Of a DNA stretch of 64,000 bases, positions 12,363-25,974 are shown one piece after another; position 1 is the first letter of the stretch; each line of letters begins with the position of its first letter. The stretch comes from Callorhinchus milii (taxonomy: Eukaryota). Both the position numbers and the translations under genes were made by a program. The notes under the pieces were generated by a model. It was given only the letters and a program-made list of their open reading frames with translations. It had not been told where the DNA came from and did not search any database. Location: positions 57,166,001-57,230,000 of the forward strand of contig NW_024704742.1 in the NCBI RefSeq assembly GCF_018977255.1, in the 5' to 3' direction.

Positions 12363-15229
12363 GTTTTTTTTTCTTCTTAAAAAAACCGATCCCTGTTTAA
12401 GCGAAGTTAACTTCCAGGATTGCTGGGGTCTCTGCTGGCGTTGCTTTGACACACGATCCCTGCTTTGGGCACCCGAACGTTTTGCGCAGAGTATTTTGTA
12501 GTTTTTCTTTTTAAAAAAAAAGAAGTACACAATCACACGTCGGGAATTATGTGTACGTGTAAGAGACACACACGTACGTTTGCAAACGCGAAAAGAGTGT
12601 TACAAAGCACACGGAGCCCCAACCCCAGGAGATTAGCGGAATTTAAAAATGAAAGGGGGTAAAATGTTTAGGTTTTGCAGATTAGAATCACTTTGCAAAA
12701 TCGACGTGAATGCTGAATTGGCTGCAGCTCGTGACTCAATACAAATAAAAAAAAAGTATGCGTGCATCGCAAGAAATGCATGGCCCGCGATGGGAATAGA
12801 AACGTTTTTTTTTAGAATAATAGGATTTAAAAATAAATAAATGGTTATATGGGAGTGAGCAGAAAGCAGAAAAGGGGTGAACCTCGTTTGTGAATGTTAC
12901 CAAGTGGGTCCCTCCAGCTTTAACGGTAAGATGCATAGAAATGTCAATACTTGTTGTTCCTCTGGAATATTTTTATACAATTTAAGTTATTAGCAGAGTG
13001 ATGCCCACGACCTTTTGACTTGCCACAATGTGGCCAGCATCAGTTTGTCAGACAAATCGGTTTAGCTCAGAGTGCTGGCCTTGGCGATGACCTTTCAATG
13101 GGAAATTGTTCTGTTTGAATTAATCTTCAAGTGAAAACGACGCAAGATCACCCAAGCAACTCGGTCTCCACAAATACAAGGAAAGCATATTTAATGTATT
13201 GATTGTACTATCTATTGCTCCTTGTATTTCCACATGCACACATACGCACACCGTGCCTGCTGCATCACAGCTAAGAGTAGATCGTAAACACAGTACCAGT
13301 TGTTGTGCTTTTATATGATTTTACATTTTTAAAAAAAAACTTCGACTTTTAGTTTTAAGCGTACCTAAAATGTTCCTTTGTATTGCATCAACCTGGGCTT
13401 TCGGTTCTAGTTTGACACAGACAGCATTTAAAACAATTTTATTTAGCCTGATCCTTTATTAGTATTACGCACATTAACACACAGAGAGCCAGATTTTAAA
13501 TGCTCCGATTTATATAATACCAAAGAGCCGGGATTACTTGTTGAAAGTGATTTATGGCGAAGTTCCAGTGGATTGTCAGTCGCTTGTGCTTATTGAGGTC
13601 TGATGTTACTGGGGGACTTAGTTACTTATATGGTAAGCACCACATGCCCTGGCTGGCTGTGTGGGGGGCTCTGGTTAATGCATCCCACGGGGCGCAGCGT
13701 TTTACTGTCCACACTATACCGAGCAAATACGGTGAACACGTTCAGTTCTTTACGTGTTTGCAGCAATTTTTCCTCTTTGCTGTTTTGATTTTTTTTTAAT
13801 TTGAAACTTTACTCATTTGTTTCATAAACATAGCAAGATACTGCTTGATTCCAAAGAAATAGATTTCGTCTCTAATATTTTACGATATATATATATACAC
13901 ACACAGAGACAGATAAGAGGCTTTCGTCAGGAAATCTATGACAATCCTACATTATAAATTGTAAGATGAATTAAATGCATTTTCTTAGCAATTGCAATTT
14001 ACTTAAAAATATAGCGTCGGTGTTAGCTTTCCAATGAATAAACTGTTTCGCTAATACCCATTTGGGAACTGTGAAGGCAAGTTTATTTCAGGAGTGATAC
14101 ATCTTCCTGATCGACCAGTGAATAAATACCCATTGGTTTCTACAGGTGGTTGGACTGTAGACACATTGATGCATTGTTTCCTCTCGTATATCGTGGCTGT
14201 ACATTCATCAACAGACGATAAGTTACACTGCAGATTTCACATCGATTCAATAAAGCCAGATGTCTGCGCTTTCCCGAGAGTTTATTTCAGGCAATCATTT
14301 TCAGACTTCTCCGGATGAAACTGGAACCGATGCAAACTTTTCTAAAAAGTGAAACGAAAGAGTCAGACGCACACAGGTGGGGAATTAAGCCTTTGTGTTG
14401 TGCACAGAGCTCCACTCGACTGAACACAGGACAGTGTGAGGGAGCAGTCTGCATCAACACCATTCACTGTTCTGCCCCAAACTGGGTACGAGTGTCCAAC
14501 TGGTGCAACTGCCATACATGTCATATTATATTTATGTTTTATTAGAACTGGAGAACGGGAGTAACTCTTCCTTCATCCTCGGGTCTCTGTCCACGTCAAT
14601 CAAACCAGCCGGGAGGAATGTCTCCAGGTGCCTCTTTCCACTTGGTCTGAATCAATACTGTACATGGCAACCATGCGCATGTTTTCCCTTCCCTCCTATC
14701 TTCTGGCATGGTGCACTAGATCAAAATAATAATAATCCTTGCATTTTACATACCGTCTTATCACTTCGTCGAGACGTCTCAAAGCGCTTCACAGAATATA
14801 CTGTAGAGGGATTGACTATGTCTTTTGTGGGCGTAATTGCGAATGGCTAAATCAAAAACCTTCTAACACGGGGATCAGCCTCATTGTTCTCCTCTGCATT
14901 ATCTTTAGAGCTGGATGACCTCTTATATTTGCAGCAATCAGAACTGGTGCTGTACTAAGGTACAGCCTGACCGGTGCACTGTTTGAGCATGATTTCTGGG
15001 GGCACGACTTCTGGGGAAATTTTTCATAGAATTGTTTTACAAAGCAGGAAGAGGCCATTCAGCCCATCATGCCTGTGCATACGCAATATAATTTGCGATC
15101 CATTTATTCCCACTCTCCCTCTCTTTCCCCATACCCTTTACATTTTTCCTTGTCAATTTGTTTTGTCTAATTCCCTTTTAAAAGCTCTAATGGAATTTCT
15201 TTATTTTCCTTCCTTGTACATATTTCATA

Positions 15230-15595
15230 ATAATAATCTTTGCATTTGATATAGCACCTTATCACGTCATTGAGACATCTCAAAGCGCTTCACAGGATAT
15301 ACAGTAAAGTGGATTGACTGTGTATTTTGTGGGCAAAACGCAGCAGCCAATTGTGCATAGTAATGTTCCACAAACAGCCATGGAGTGAGTGGCCAATTTT
15401 ATTTGGGAGATTGTTGTCCAGAACCCCAGGAAAAACTCCCTTCTCTTTTTGAATAGTGCCTTGGCATCTTTATCATCCAAATGAACAGGCAGATAGGATC
15501 TCGGTTTAACATCTCATCCAAAGGATGGCATCTCCAACAATGTAATACACCCTCAGCACTGCACCAGTGTGGCAGCTTTGACTATGTGCTTCACT
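15230..15595 (-). mobile_element. DeuSINE-like SINE
   Basis: The reverse complement contains GGATGAGATGTTAAACCGAG..AAAGATGCCAAGGCACTATT..GGCTGTTTGTGGAACATT..AATTGGCTGCTGCG, resembling the Deu domain, then the AAGCGCTTT..(TTA)n tail. Confidence 0.8.
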
Positions 15596-15624
15596 GTTTT
15601 ATTCTAGAGCTCAAAGACAATCTG

Positions 15625-15685
15625 TTGGGACGTCCTCCCGACATGAAAGGCGCTCTATAAATGGAATCTTGTTGTTGTTGTTGTT
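15625..15685 (+). mobile_element. Solo L2 3' tail
   Basis: TTGGGACGTCCTCCCGACATGAAAGGCGCTCTATAAATGGAATC(TTG)n; same as the end of the L2 at 3205-3270. Confidence 0.85.
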
Positions 15686-16939
15686 TGAGATCCTCCAGAA
15701 CATGGCCAAGCCCCAGGTTGTATCTGGCATGCAGAGCAGCGTCACCTGAACAACTTTATCAAGGTATGTGTCACAGAATTAAAGGTTCATACGTGATCAT
15801 CACATCTTCCAGTGGCGCTAAATTCAACTAATTTGGTGATTGTTTGCCTTATTTTTATTCTCCTAAGGTAGGGTACTGGCATCAGGTGCCTACTGGTACT
15901 TTGCAATTATCTAGTAAGTGGCAATTATTCATCCAAACATTGAAAGTGAGGGTCAGCAAAGTAATTAACTTGGAGATGTCACAACTAAGCCTTCCCCCAC
16001 AATGCTTAAGAATGCAATTAAAAGCTATCTTTCCCAAGTTCACCCCTCCCTGATTCAAAGTCAGGAAGGGTTGAACGTCACTGAGTTTCTTCACTCACAA
16101 ACCAGAACAATATTCCCCAAGTAATCAATCCCTCGCCATGTCTTTGGAATAGCATTAACATTCACTGACATCTGAGTAAAGTCAGAATATTCAGTACTAA
16201 TAGCCAAAGACGGCTTATTCCAATACCTGGAAGGAAGTTTTCCATCAAGCTCCATGGAAACTCCACTCTGATGTGATCTGTCTCTGGGACACAGTTCAGA
16301 GGATTTAATTTGTTTTAATATTTCCAATTCTTCCCTATGTGTATCCACAGCCTTCTCATTTTGGGATAAAATTCCATGGTGGCTAGTTGTGAGCTAGTAC
16401 CTAGCCCAAAGGCTCTTTTGGACTGAGTGTCAACAGACCACTCGAATATACAGGAGATCATAACTGAGCCTGACCTCATCCAGCTACCACACACATGCAC
16501 TACCACTATCAGTACACTGCCAGACATAATACCGTTCAATCATGCCTTTGGTCACCTTCCCTCTCTTTCCAGCTCAGCGTCAAACCATATCTCTGTTAAG
16601 CTCTCCAAGATGTTATGCATGTGAACAGAGCACTCTATAAATAATAATAATCCTTGCATTTGATATAGCGCCTTATCATGTCTTTGAGCTGTCTCAAAGC
16701 GCTTTACAGAATATACTGTAAAGTGAATTGACTGTATATTTTGGGAACAAAACATTTTGATGGGATTATTATCCTCAGAAAAGCGATCCACCAAATCGAC
16801 TAACAACCAATTGAATGCAAATTGTTGTTGATCTTGTTGTGCAGAAGAGGAACTAAAAGCAGCAAACCCATATGATTTTAATCTCCATAATCTAGGGAAG
16901 ATCAGGGCCAATTTAGCCTCCCTATGCATTTTATGGAGG

Positions 16940-17185
16940 AAAACAAAGAGGCTGATAACAAGGGATGAGCTACGAGGAACTTCTAAATAAATTAAATCTC
17001 TTCAAGCTTGAAAAGAGATGTTTCAGAGGAAACCTTACAAAGTTTTATAACATGTTAAATGAGAAAGAGAAAGGGAACCCAGAACAATAGTCTCAAACAT
17101 GCCAAGGCAGCAGAACAAGAGTGCATGGCTTTAGGGCTAAAAAGAGCATCTTGGGATAGGGAGAGCTACTTCACACAGAATATAA
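16940..17185 (+). mobile_element. Degraded CR1 3' fragment
   Basis: Similar to the YEERL..LFSLEKRRLRGDL region of CR1 ORF2 (AATCTCTTCAAGCTTGAAAAGAGATG..). Confidence 0.6.
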
Positions 17186-17546
17186 TAATGAGCCTTGCAT
17201 TTAATATAATACTAAACCATCTTTACAGTTAATCACTGTCAAGTCTAATGACTGTATTTGAAGGCAGACATAGCAACCAATTTGCACATAAACATCTTTT
17301 TCTTTTTACAATTAGTGCAATGGAATGTTTAACGTCCACCTGAACCGGCAGATGGGTCATTGGTTTAATGTTTCATTCAAAGGACAGCATCTCCGACAAT
17401 GCTGTGCTCCTCCAGCACTATACTGGAGCATCAAATGACACTGAACTCAACGCCCCAATTTGGGGTTTCAGCTCACAAATATAACTCGGAGCTGAGTCAA
17501 ACTGACATATACAGGTAATCAATAGATGAACAAATTATCAACCATC

Positions 17547-17845
17547 AACAATAACAACAACAAAATTATATTTATAGAGCGCCTTTCACATCGGGAGAAC
17601 GTCCCAAAGCGCTGTACAGTCAGGTGTCGGGGCCCGAGCATGGGGGAGGGGGTGATGTAGGGGTGAGGGAAGGCAGAGAGGTGGGAGGGCAACCAAAGGC
17701 ACAGTTAAAGAGAAGGATCTCGAGACTGGCCTTAAAGGAGGCAAGGGAGGAAGCGAGACGAAGGGACCATGGGATGGAGTTCCAGAGTGTGGGGGGAGAG
17801 AAGCTGAAAGCCCGGCCAACTCAATCCAGGAAGGGGGATGGAGGC
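17547..17845 (-). mobile_element. L2 3' end
   Basis: (CAA)n, then GCGCCTTTCACATCGGGAGAACGTCCCAAAGCGC, then a body homologous to 2990-3270. Confidence 0.85.
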
Positions 17846-19343
17846 TATGCCTTATTTAATAATTAATTTATATAATTGGACTTTGGTTAGTTTTATGATT
17901 TTCTGAAAGGATAACATCATGAGACCTCCTTCATCTGAACCTCTTTTGTGATTTTGAGTCAAACTCCTTCAACAACAACTTACAACAATAACTTACATTT
18001 ATATAGTGCCCTCATGCAGGGTAATGTCCCAGAGTGCTTCAAGAGAGGAAGGAGGAAAACTAGGGGCAGGGGACCAGCTGCGAATTCTGGGTCATAATCT
18101 CTATCCAGTAACCCCTGCTGGAAAGTACATCTGTGTGTACATCTGTAAGTGAGGACAGTAATTGGCTTGGTTACAATTCCAGCTGTGGTCTTCTGACACT
18201 CACTCTCAAGGCTCCTTTGAATGATAGCCACTTAAGTAAAGTACCACAGGGTAGCTGGTGCACTGTTGGAACCACATCCTTGTAGAAGGAAAAGGAAGTA
18301 AAACGCTTTCAGGAGAGAAGGGACTGAAACTTAAGGAGAAACTACAAGAACACTTTTGTGATTTTTTTATTTTGCTTTCTACACCACTTACTTGGAACCA
18401 GCTTAAGACCATTCAAATTAATTTCATACAGGACCAGCAAGCAGTCAGAGAGAGAGAGAGAGAGAGCGAATGAGAGAGAAAACACTTTCATCCCATTTAT
18501 TTATTCTATTCTGTTTGCAAACTGAATTAATGACTAAGTGTTGTATTTTGGCCTCAGTTGTATGCTGCTGATAATGACCATCTCAAACTCACTTTAACTG
18601 AGACATTATGCCTTTTTCTACAAGCAGCGAACGATAATTCTTATTTGGAGATCCTTGATCCCGATGGAGTGGAGCTCCGAATGATGTAAGTACCATTTTC
18701 AAGAGGTGATTTTTTAAAAATTGGTTTGTGACGAGGAATAAAGTGGTCTTTGAAATCTTAAGTATCATGTGAGATAATTCCTCCCTGGCACAATCCCAAT
18801 TGTTTGGAAGTGCATTAATATTACATTGTAAATGTGTTTTGTTTGCAATACCAACTAAAATAAAATGGAGATTCACATCCATCTGGATTATCCCAATAGC
18901 AAGGAAAAGAATCTTGTGCAATGTTCTTATTTTGTTCAATTCCTTTTCCCGTAAAAGGATTGATTGTTCAGGACAAGATGGTGCAGGGAATGTTGGTGAG
19001 CTCTGAATTTAGACTGAGAGGTAGATTGAAAACAATGACTTAAAAAAACAATAAAATAATTTTTTTGTGCATTAGGGCTCTTGTGCCTTTGTGGTAAATG
19101 TCTTTCGTTACTACTCAAGTATGAGCACTGCAAATTATTCTGATTAAGTGGCATTTTAACTCTGGAATTCTTGATGAGGTACTTTAAATATGCTAATGAT
19201 AATAATCCTTGTATTTGATATAATGCCTTATCATGTTGAAATGTTTCAATATTACGTCACACATCTGTGTCAGAAGCTTTTTACGATTCGAAGGGGAGAA
19301 GCCGGAGGTCGGGAAGAGGGGAATCGTGACCAAAGTCCAAAAA

Positions 19344-19646
19344 GTGATCTTCAGGCTCAACATCCTCCGCATGATTAATGAGCCAACTACATCCTGAAAA
19401 AGAAGGGCAGGGGGAGAGGCATGTCTCATGTTCAACCTGGGTGGCAGCACTTTTGACATGTCCATCCTCAACATCAATGACAATAATAATGATGATCTTT
19501 GCATTTGATATAATGCCTTGTCACATCTTCAAGACGTCTCAAAGCGCTTCACAGAATATACTGTAAAGTGAATTGACTGTATATTTTGTGGTTGAAATGA
19601 TGACATCTTTGAGGTAAAATTGATTGCCTGGAACACCCGTCTGGGC
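19344..19646 (+). pseudogene. HSP70-family pseudogene fragment (ATPase domain), interrupted by a SINE tail at about 19482-19596
   Basis: Manual translation across frameshifts gives LNILRMINEPT..GQGERHV/LMFNLGGSTFDMSILNIND [insert] DDIFEVKLIAWNTRLG. Canonical HSP70 reads [50 protein letters not shown]. Confidence 0.88.
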
Positions 19647-21599
19647 ATAGGCTGCGGACGCTTTTTACATTGGGGAGCATAAACATCCTTCCCCACCTAA
19701 TGTTTTCATGAGGATTCCTTGTCCCCCTCCTCCCCCCAGTTCTACGCCAATGATTTTCTGTAAAGCATAGAGACCACGTATTTATAGGGGAATCCAGTAG
19801 CCATTTTGTGCATGGCATTGTCCCAACAAACAGCCCTGTCAGGCTGGTGCCTAATACTGTACATGCTAATAAATATTAATTCACGTGACATGACCCTTGG
19901 AATTTTGGTTTGATAAGTTGGGTATGTTAGAAAAACAATGAATAGTGGTGACAAGTTACAAAATCTGAATTGTTTGACGAGACAGTTAATAACATTGAAA
20001 TAAAACATTCTTTGGATCTAATTACTACCTACCATATGGTAGCAAACATCTAATTTCAATGAAATTAACAGAATGTCTAAAATTCAGCAAGAATTTTAAG
20101 TAAAAAACCAATAAACAGCTCAAAAAAGGGTGGCTCCAATGTTCAAAAAGACAGAAAGAGACATAGTGCCATTGTCAAAAAGACAGTATGTTGGCTAAAG
20201 GATCCAACAGTTCAGTATGTAAAACACACAAACTTTCTTCTAAAGAATTGAGTTTAATTTGTGGTTTGGGTTAACTATCCTTGTGCAAAATGTAGGGGTT
20301 TGAGTTAATTATGTGGAAACCCATACATAGTTGTATGCATGTTTATGCAAACTCATACAACGACCAAAACTTGAAGGGTAGCATCCCAGATCACTTGATA
20401 CAGGTGCCTGTAGTTAACAACCAATGGAAAAATCACTTGTAATCCTTTCCATTGGTTGTTAATTATACCTATAATTTGCTGTGCACAGATTCATTACATG
20501 TCATAACCCAACCCAAAATAGAACCTCTATTTACTAGAAAATAGTTGGAAAGGATCATACAGAATGAATACTTTAAGTATGTGTGATTCAAAGAAAGTCA
20601 TTTCAAAATATTTCACAATTTTGGTTGACTTCATTCATCAATGAAGTCTTCTCTACAAAAGTATTTTCCAATGCATGGGCATTCGCAAGCAATAAAGATA
20701 TTGACCATGAAAATGTGTAGGCTGGTATCCCTGATGTCAGATGACTTTGTGAGCCTACATAATATGGTGGAGTCTCTCTCCATCACATTGTTCCAGATAT
20801 CATTATTCAAAGATCCCTTGAAATGTCTAAATGTCTTTGTTGTAGCAGTTTCTGGGACATTGCTGTGTGCAAATTGTCTGCCACCTTTCACCCACAAAAT
20901 ATACAGTACATTCTGTGAAGCGCTTTGAGACATCTTAATGATGTGATAAGATGCTATATCAAATGCAAGGATTATTATTATTGTTAATATTATTATTATT
21001 TCCCCCGTACCCTTGTAATTTATTCAGTTCTAGATCTTTGTCTAATTCCCTTTTGAAACCAATATGGATTCTGCCCCAACCACTATTCCCGGCAGGACAT
21101 CAAGAACAGAAATCATGGCTGATTGTTTCCCCTTTCCCTGTCTGGGGGGAAAGTAGGCTTTTGCAATGTTACTACTGTAATTCCGGTTGAAATCCTTATC
21201 TTTAATGCCACTCTCCTATATAGTAGACCTATAGAACCATAGAAATGTACACTACAGAAAAAGGCCATTCAACCCATCCTGTCTCTGCTGTTTTTTAATG
21301 CTGCTCTGTAGACTTAGAATGTGCCAGAAAACTTGAGCCATTACCTCAGTAATAATCCTTGTAATCTAATTCTCTGCTACTTTTACATTGCTTTTGGATA
21401 TCCAGAGGGCATTGGCAGCAACTACACTAGTTACAGTTACACTAGCCTGTTGCACATGTGGAAAACTCTGCTATCCAAATAATGGCAGTGAATGCTGGCA
21501 GATACATCTAAATATCAGATGATTTACCTTTTGACCTTTTAATGATTATGTCAGTTAATTGTTGTGTGTGATGAGGAATAAAGCATTGTGGATTGTGTG

Positions 21600-22010
21600 T
21601 CCCACATTGGGACTTTGAACTCAGTCTAGGCTGTCACTCCTGCACAGTGCTGGGGGAACACTGCATTGTAATTGATGCAATCCTTGCACTCTTAACAATG
21701 CAGTGCTCCCCAGCACTGCGCAGGAATGTCTAAAAAAAAGGGCTTATCTGCCTGTTCAAGTGGCTGTTAAAGATCCCTTGGCACTACTCAAAAAGGAAAG
21801 GGGGTTTCTCCCGTATCCTGACTGACAATCACCCACATAAAATTGATTATTCACTTCATGGCTGTTTGTGGGACATTGCTGTCAGCAAATTGACTGCCTT
21901 ATTTGTCTGCAACTACACAGAAACTACTCTTCATAGTAAAGTTCTTGGAAGTGCTTTGAGATGTCTCAACAAAGTGATAAGGGCTAAATCAAATGCAAGG
22001 ATTATGATTT
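21600..22010 (+). mobile_element. DeuSINE-like SINE with an internal inverted duplication
   Basis: AAAGATCCCTTGGCACTA..GGCTGTTTGTGGGACATTGCTG..AAATGCAAGGATTA; hairpin at 21633-21730. Confidence 0.8.
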
Positions 22011-22837
22011 AACCAGTGCAGCTCATGGAAATAAATTTCTAATGATCGTTTGTAAATGTCACTCAACATGATGGGTCGAAGGACCGTCTGTGCTTTAAAA
22101 ATGTGCTGTGCAATATGTCCTGCAGGTTAATGAAACAAATTCAACAGCATCAAAGTCCAGAACATTATAGAAGTAGTTCTTATTGAAGGTTTGGTTGAAG
22201 ATACTCAAACCTGCATTTGTTGATCTAATGGGTGATTATCCCTCCAATGGGGAAAGGGAGGGAGGAGAGGAGGTAAGCAGCTTCTGTTTGCAGGCTAGGT
22301 GTTTCCAAGGTGAATGGAATATTAGATTCAAGTCTGTCATCTGTGGTAATCTCGGTAGTCCAGTTCCTGAGCCATTTATCGGTCTTTAGAACTCCAAGAC
22401 ACTGTTGACGATATACGAGTCAGCCTGATTTATTAGCTGGATTTGGAGAAGCAAATCAGTTATTAGAGGACACTTTTTTGGGCTCTTTTCAGTCCTATTA
22501 TCAGTTGCAGATATGTAACTATAATAATTTACAAAATAGAAATAGAATGTAGTGAATACTATCAATATTTAATATAAGTGTACAATATTTAATATAAGTG
22601 TACCAATTTACTTGGTATCCTTTTTTTTAGTCCTATCCTATCCAAAGTAATAAGTAACAAAGATAAATAATATTAAATGTGAACATTTGTAAAACTTTTA
22701 GAATCCTTCACCTCCAACTTATAGTTTTTAACAGCGTCAACTTCACTCAGAACTATAATGGTCAGATTTTGCACTGTTTCTTAATTAACAAACCTAGACA
22801 TCCGAGACACTAAATTGCAAGAGCATTACTTCAACTC

Positions 22838-23225
22838 AATCTCTCTTACCTGAGTCAGAAGGTCAAGCCTCATATTGGGACTTTGAACTCATGATCTTGC
22901 ATTGCCTGACATTCCAATACAGTGCTGGAGGTGCTGACCTTCGGATGAGATGATAAACCAAGGTCTCATATGTCTGTTTAGGTGAACATTAGCGATCACA
23001 TGGTACTATTCAAAAGAGAAGGGTGTTTTTCCCAGTGTGCTGGCCAACAATCATTCACTGTTGGCAATTTGTGGAACATTGCTGTTGACTGTTTATGGTA
23101 CATTGCTGTGTGCAAATTGGTTGCAGCTATTACCTACAAAATAACAGTAAATCCTGTGGACTGTTTTGAGGCGTCCTCCCTGATGTGAGACATATTGCAT
23201 CAAATACAAGGATTAGCATTATTAT
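22838..23225 (+). mobile_element. DeuSINE-like SINE (duplicate at about 35290-35677)
   Basis: CTGAGTCAGAAGGT..CAGTGCTGGAGGTGCTGACCTTCGGATGAGATGATAAACCAAGG..GCTGTGTGCAAATTGG followed by the shared tail. Confidence 0.78.
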
Positions 23226-25974
23226 TAATAATTTATTTTGGAGCAGGATTTCACCCATAATACTGGAAATAGCTCTTCCCCACCCCACTTAGATTTCATA
23301 ATTTAGAAGTCTACTAACTAAGAATTACCACAAAATTGCCCTTTTTTTTCTTACCCACCAGGAAGCTGGAAGAATATATCATAATCAAAATGAAATAGTT
23401 TAATTTTGATTCTGACATATTGCTGATTTCCTATATTTTTAACCGACTTGCCTAAGTCATTGAAAAAGATTTTTTTCTGAATTCATGCTAATTTTAGATG
23501 CCTTACATATCAGTTTAAAACAAATATAGTATCAATATTATGTAAAAAGTTTATATTTCCAATATATTATGGCCATATTGGAGATATATACCTGTCACAT
23601 AATCCTGAGCCAGATGGATCCACAATAGTCCAGAGCAGATAGCAGCACAGTTCATTGGCATGACTTGGAAGTGACTGGTCTTGTCACAGCGGGCAGGGAA
23701 TCATCCCGCTCAGCTCCTGTTACCTCTGCAAGCCAAAGCCCTAAAGGGTAGAGTGGTCCTATCTGGACAAGCAGTGGAAAAACATACCAGACAGTGATAG
23801 TGACAGTTTCGCCCACAAATATACAGTCAATTCACTTTACAGTATATTCTGTGAAGCGCTTTGAAACGTCTTGAAGACGTGAAAAGCGCTATATCAAATG
23901 CAAGGATTATTATTTATTTATTATTATATCAATGGCAAGCTATGTGATTTTAGCTGGTTCAACAGCAGTATCCTAACTAACTCTCTGGGTTCCCCAAGCC
24001 TTGGCTCTTGCCAACCTGCACCTAATATTTTCAGGAATTAGGTAAGCAGGATGAGAGGAAGAGAGTGCACATTCCATTCCAACAATCTATCTCTGGGATT
24101 TCCATGTGTTGGTGGGATGCATAGAATCCTCAGTTTGGTTTGGATACTCTTAAGCATAATGATGTGTCAGACACCTGATTGCCCCGCCACGCCCCCCAAC
24201 CAAAAAAAAAGATTTTCTCCTCTTTCATTCCTGAAGGTGTCTGATTCCTTTTCCTTCTACCATGGTACAGTTTCACAGACATTGGTTGAACCTCACCCAA
24301 GTAGCCATATATATGGCATATGTGCCTTGGTAGTGAACAACAGCAGACAATTCAATAGAGTCTTATCTTGTCTTCAACACAACTTGTGGAACACAACAGC
24401 TGAGTCTCATCTTGTCTTCAACTGCATCCATAAACATAGACGTTTCACCAGGGGTTTTGCACATTTTCCTATTGCGACTGTGACATTTCTCAATGTTGAA
24501 ATGACACACATCCTATTTCTGTTTGCCACAAAACAGCATCATGAGTCAATATCATTTATTTAAATTATTCTTTGAAAGCTATGTAACAATTTTGTATATT
24601 TTTTTCAATAGTTTAGGAAGTGTTTTAAAATCTAGCAAGCCCACCATTGGGTTGTTCCACTTTAAGTGTTTTGTGGTTTGTTTTATTTCAGAGCTGTTAT
24701 TTTGTCCTTTTCAGTGGTTGGTTTATGTGATGGAAGAAGAACATCACTTGTGTTCTGGGTGGCAATCTCAAATGAATGTGCTCTGAGCACCCTCTTGTGG
24801 CTCCATCAAATAGAACAGTTGATAATCCATCATCACAGATTTAAATGTGATTCTTTACTCGATGGTAAATTTGGCATTGTGTGTTTATTTTGCTGGTAAA
24901 ATTAATAGGCCTTGGTGCTGTTCATTTAGAATAATGCTTGCTGCCAAATTTACCAACAAGCAAATAATTACCACTTTACTGCCAATTTCCAAGCCCACCT
25001 AAATAAACCCACCCAAGTCCAGCAAATGACCCAAAAACTTGTCAATTATCACAATGTCACCTTGTTCAATGTAATTAAAACCACAGATATTTGAGCTGGA
25101 CTGTGAGGGAAGAGTTCGAAGCCATAAATTTAAAATAAAGGAATCACACAAGATTAAAATTTGTATATGTAGAATAAACAACTAACAAAAGCAGCGAATT
25201 AGCCCCTTCTAAATTATAATTGTTTGAGTCTGGTATTAAATATGAAAGAATAAGTGCAGACTGAAATGAATATGTGTTCAATAGGAAATAGTACCTGATA
25301 ATAAATACAGTCAGTGAAAGAGACAAGTAATAACTAGACAATAAATGAATATTCTGCATATTTTGCTGGCTTGATTTTGTTCTCTGCCAAATTTTAATGC
25401 AACAACAACAAAATTACATTTGTAAAGCGCCTTTCACGTCAGGAGGACGTCCCAAGGCACTGAACAGTCAAGAATCAGGATTCGAGAGTTGGGGGTGGTG
25501 GCAGGTTTGGGATGAGGGAGGGCATAAGGGGTAGGAGGGAGGCTGAAGGCTTTCCGAAGCCTTTCCTCTTTCTGTGCAACACATTGAAACAATACTTACT
25601 ATGACACAATTTCGCCATCAGGGGGTGTTACAAGATCATATGAAGTACATTTTATCCCAGTAATTATCCTGGTAACATCTTTCGAGTACAATTTTATGTT
25701 GTGCCAGGATGGTTAAAGTTAATGTAAAATCCAAAAGCAATCTATATTAACTTTAATAGTTAGAAAATAATTGTCATTATCTCTTTCACACAGAAAAACA
25801 AGTAAAGAAACTAATTGGAATCCAATGTTTGCTCATAATTTTTGAAAGAAAGAACAATTTTCAGGACTTGGGTATAATTTAGCTCTACATGAAATGGAAT
25901 TGATTTCTAGGAACACAGTTGAAGCTTTGTTTTAACATTAACATCACAATGTTAAAGTCAAGTTTGAAATGAAG

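Noticed and set aside
16091..16400. Minus-strand ORFs, one with a perfect Kozak GCCACCATGG
   Set aside because: The ATG frame stops after 20 codons and the adjacent frame shows no recognisable homology.
18624..18690. Exon-like segment (pyrimidine tract-AG ... GTAAGT)
   Set aside because: The peptide (ANDNSYLEILDPDGVELRM) matches nothing I recognise and has no partner exons; such signals occur by chance.
24051..24563. 170-aa ORF repeated identically at 36503-37015
   Set aside because: The recurrence is explained by the segmental duplication; no domain or splice support.
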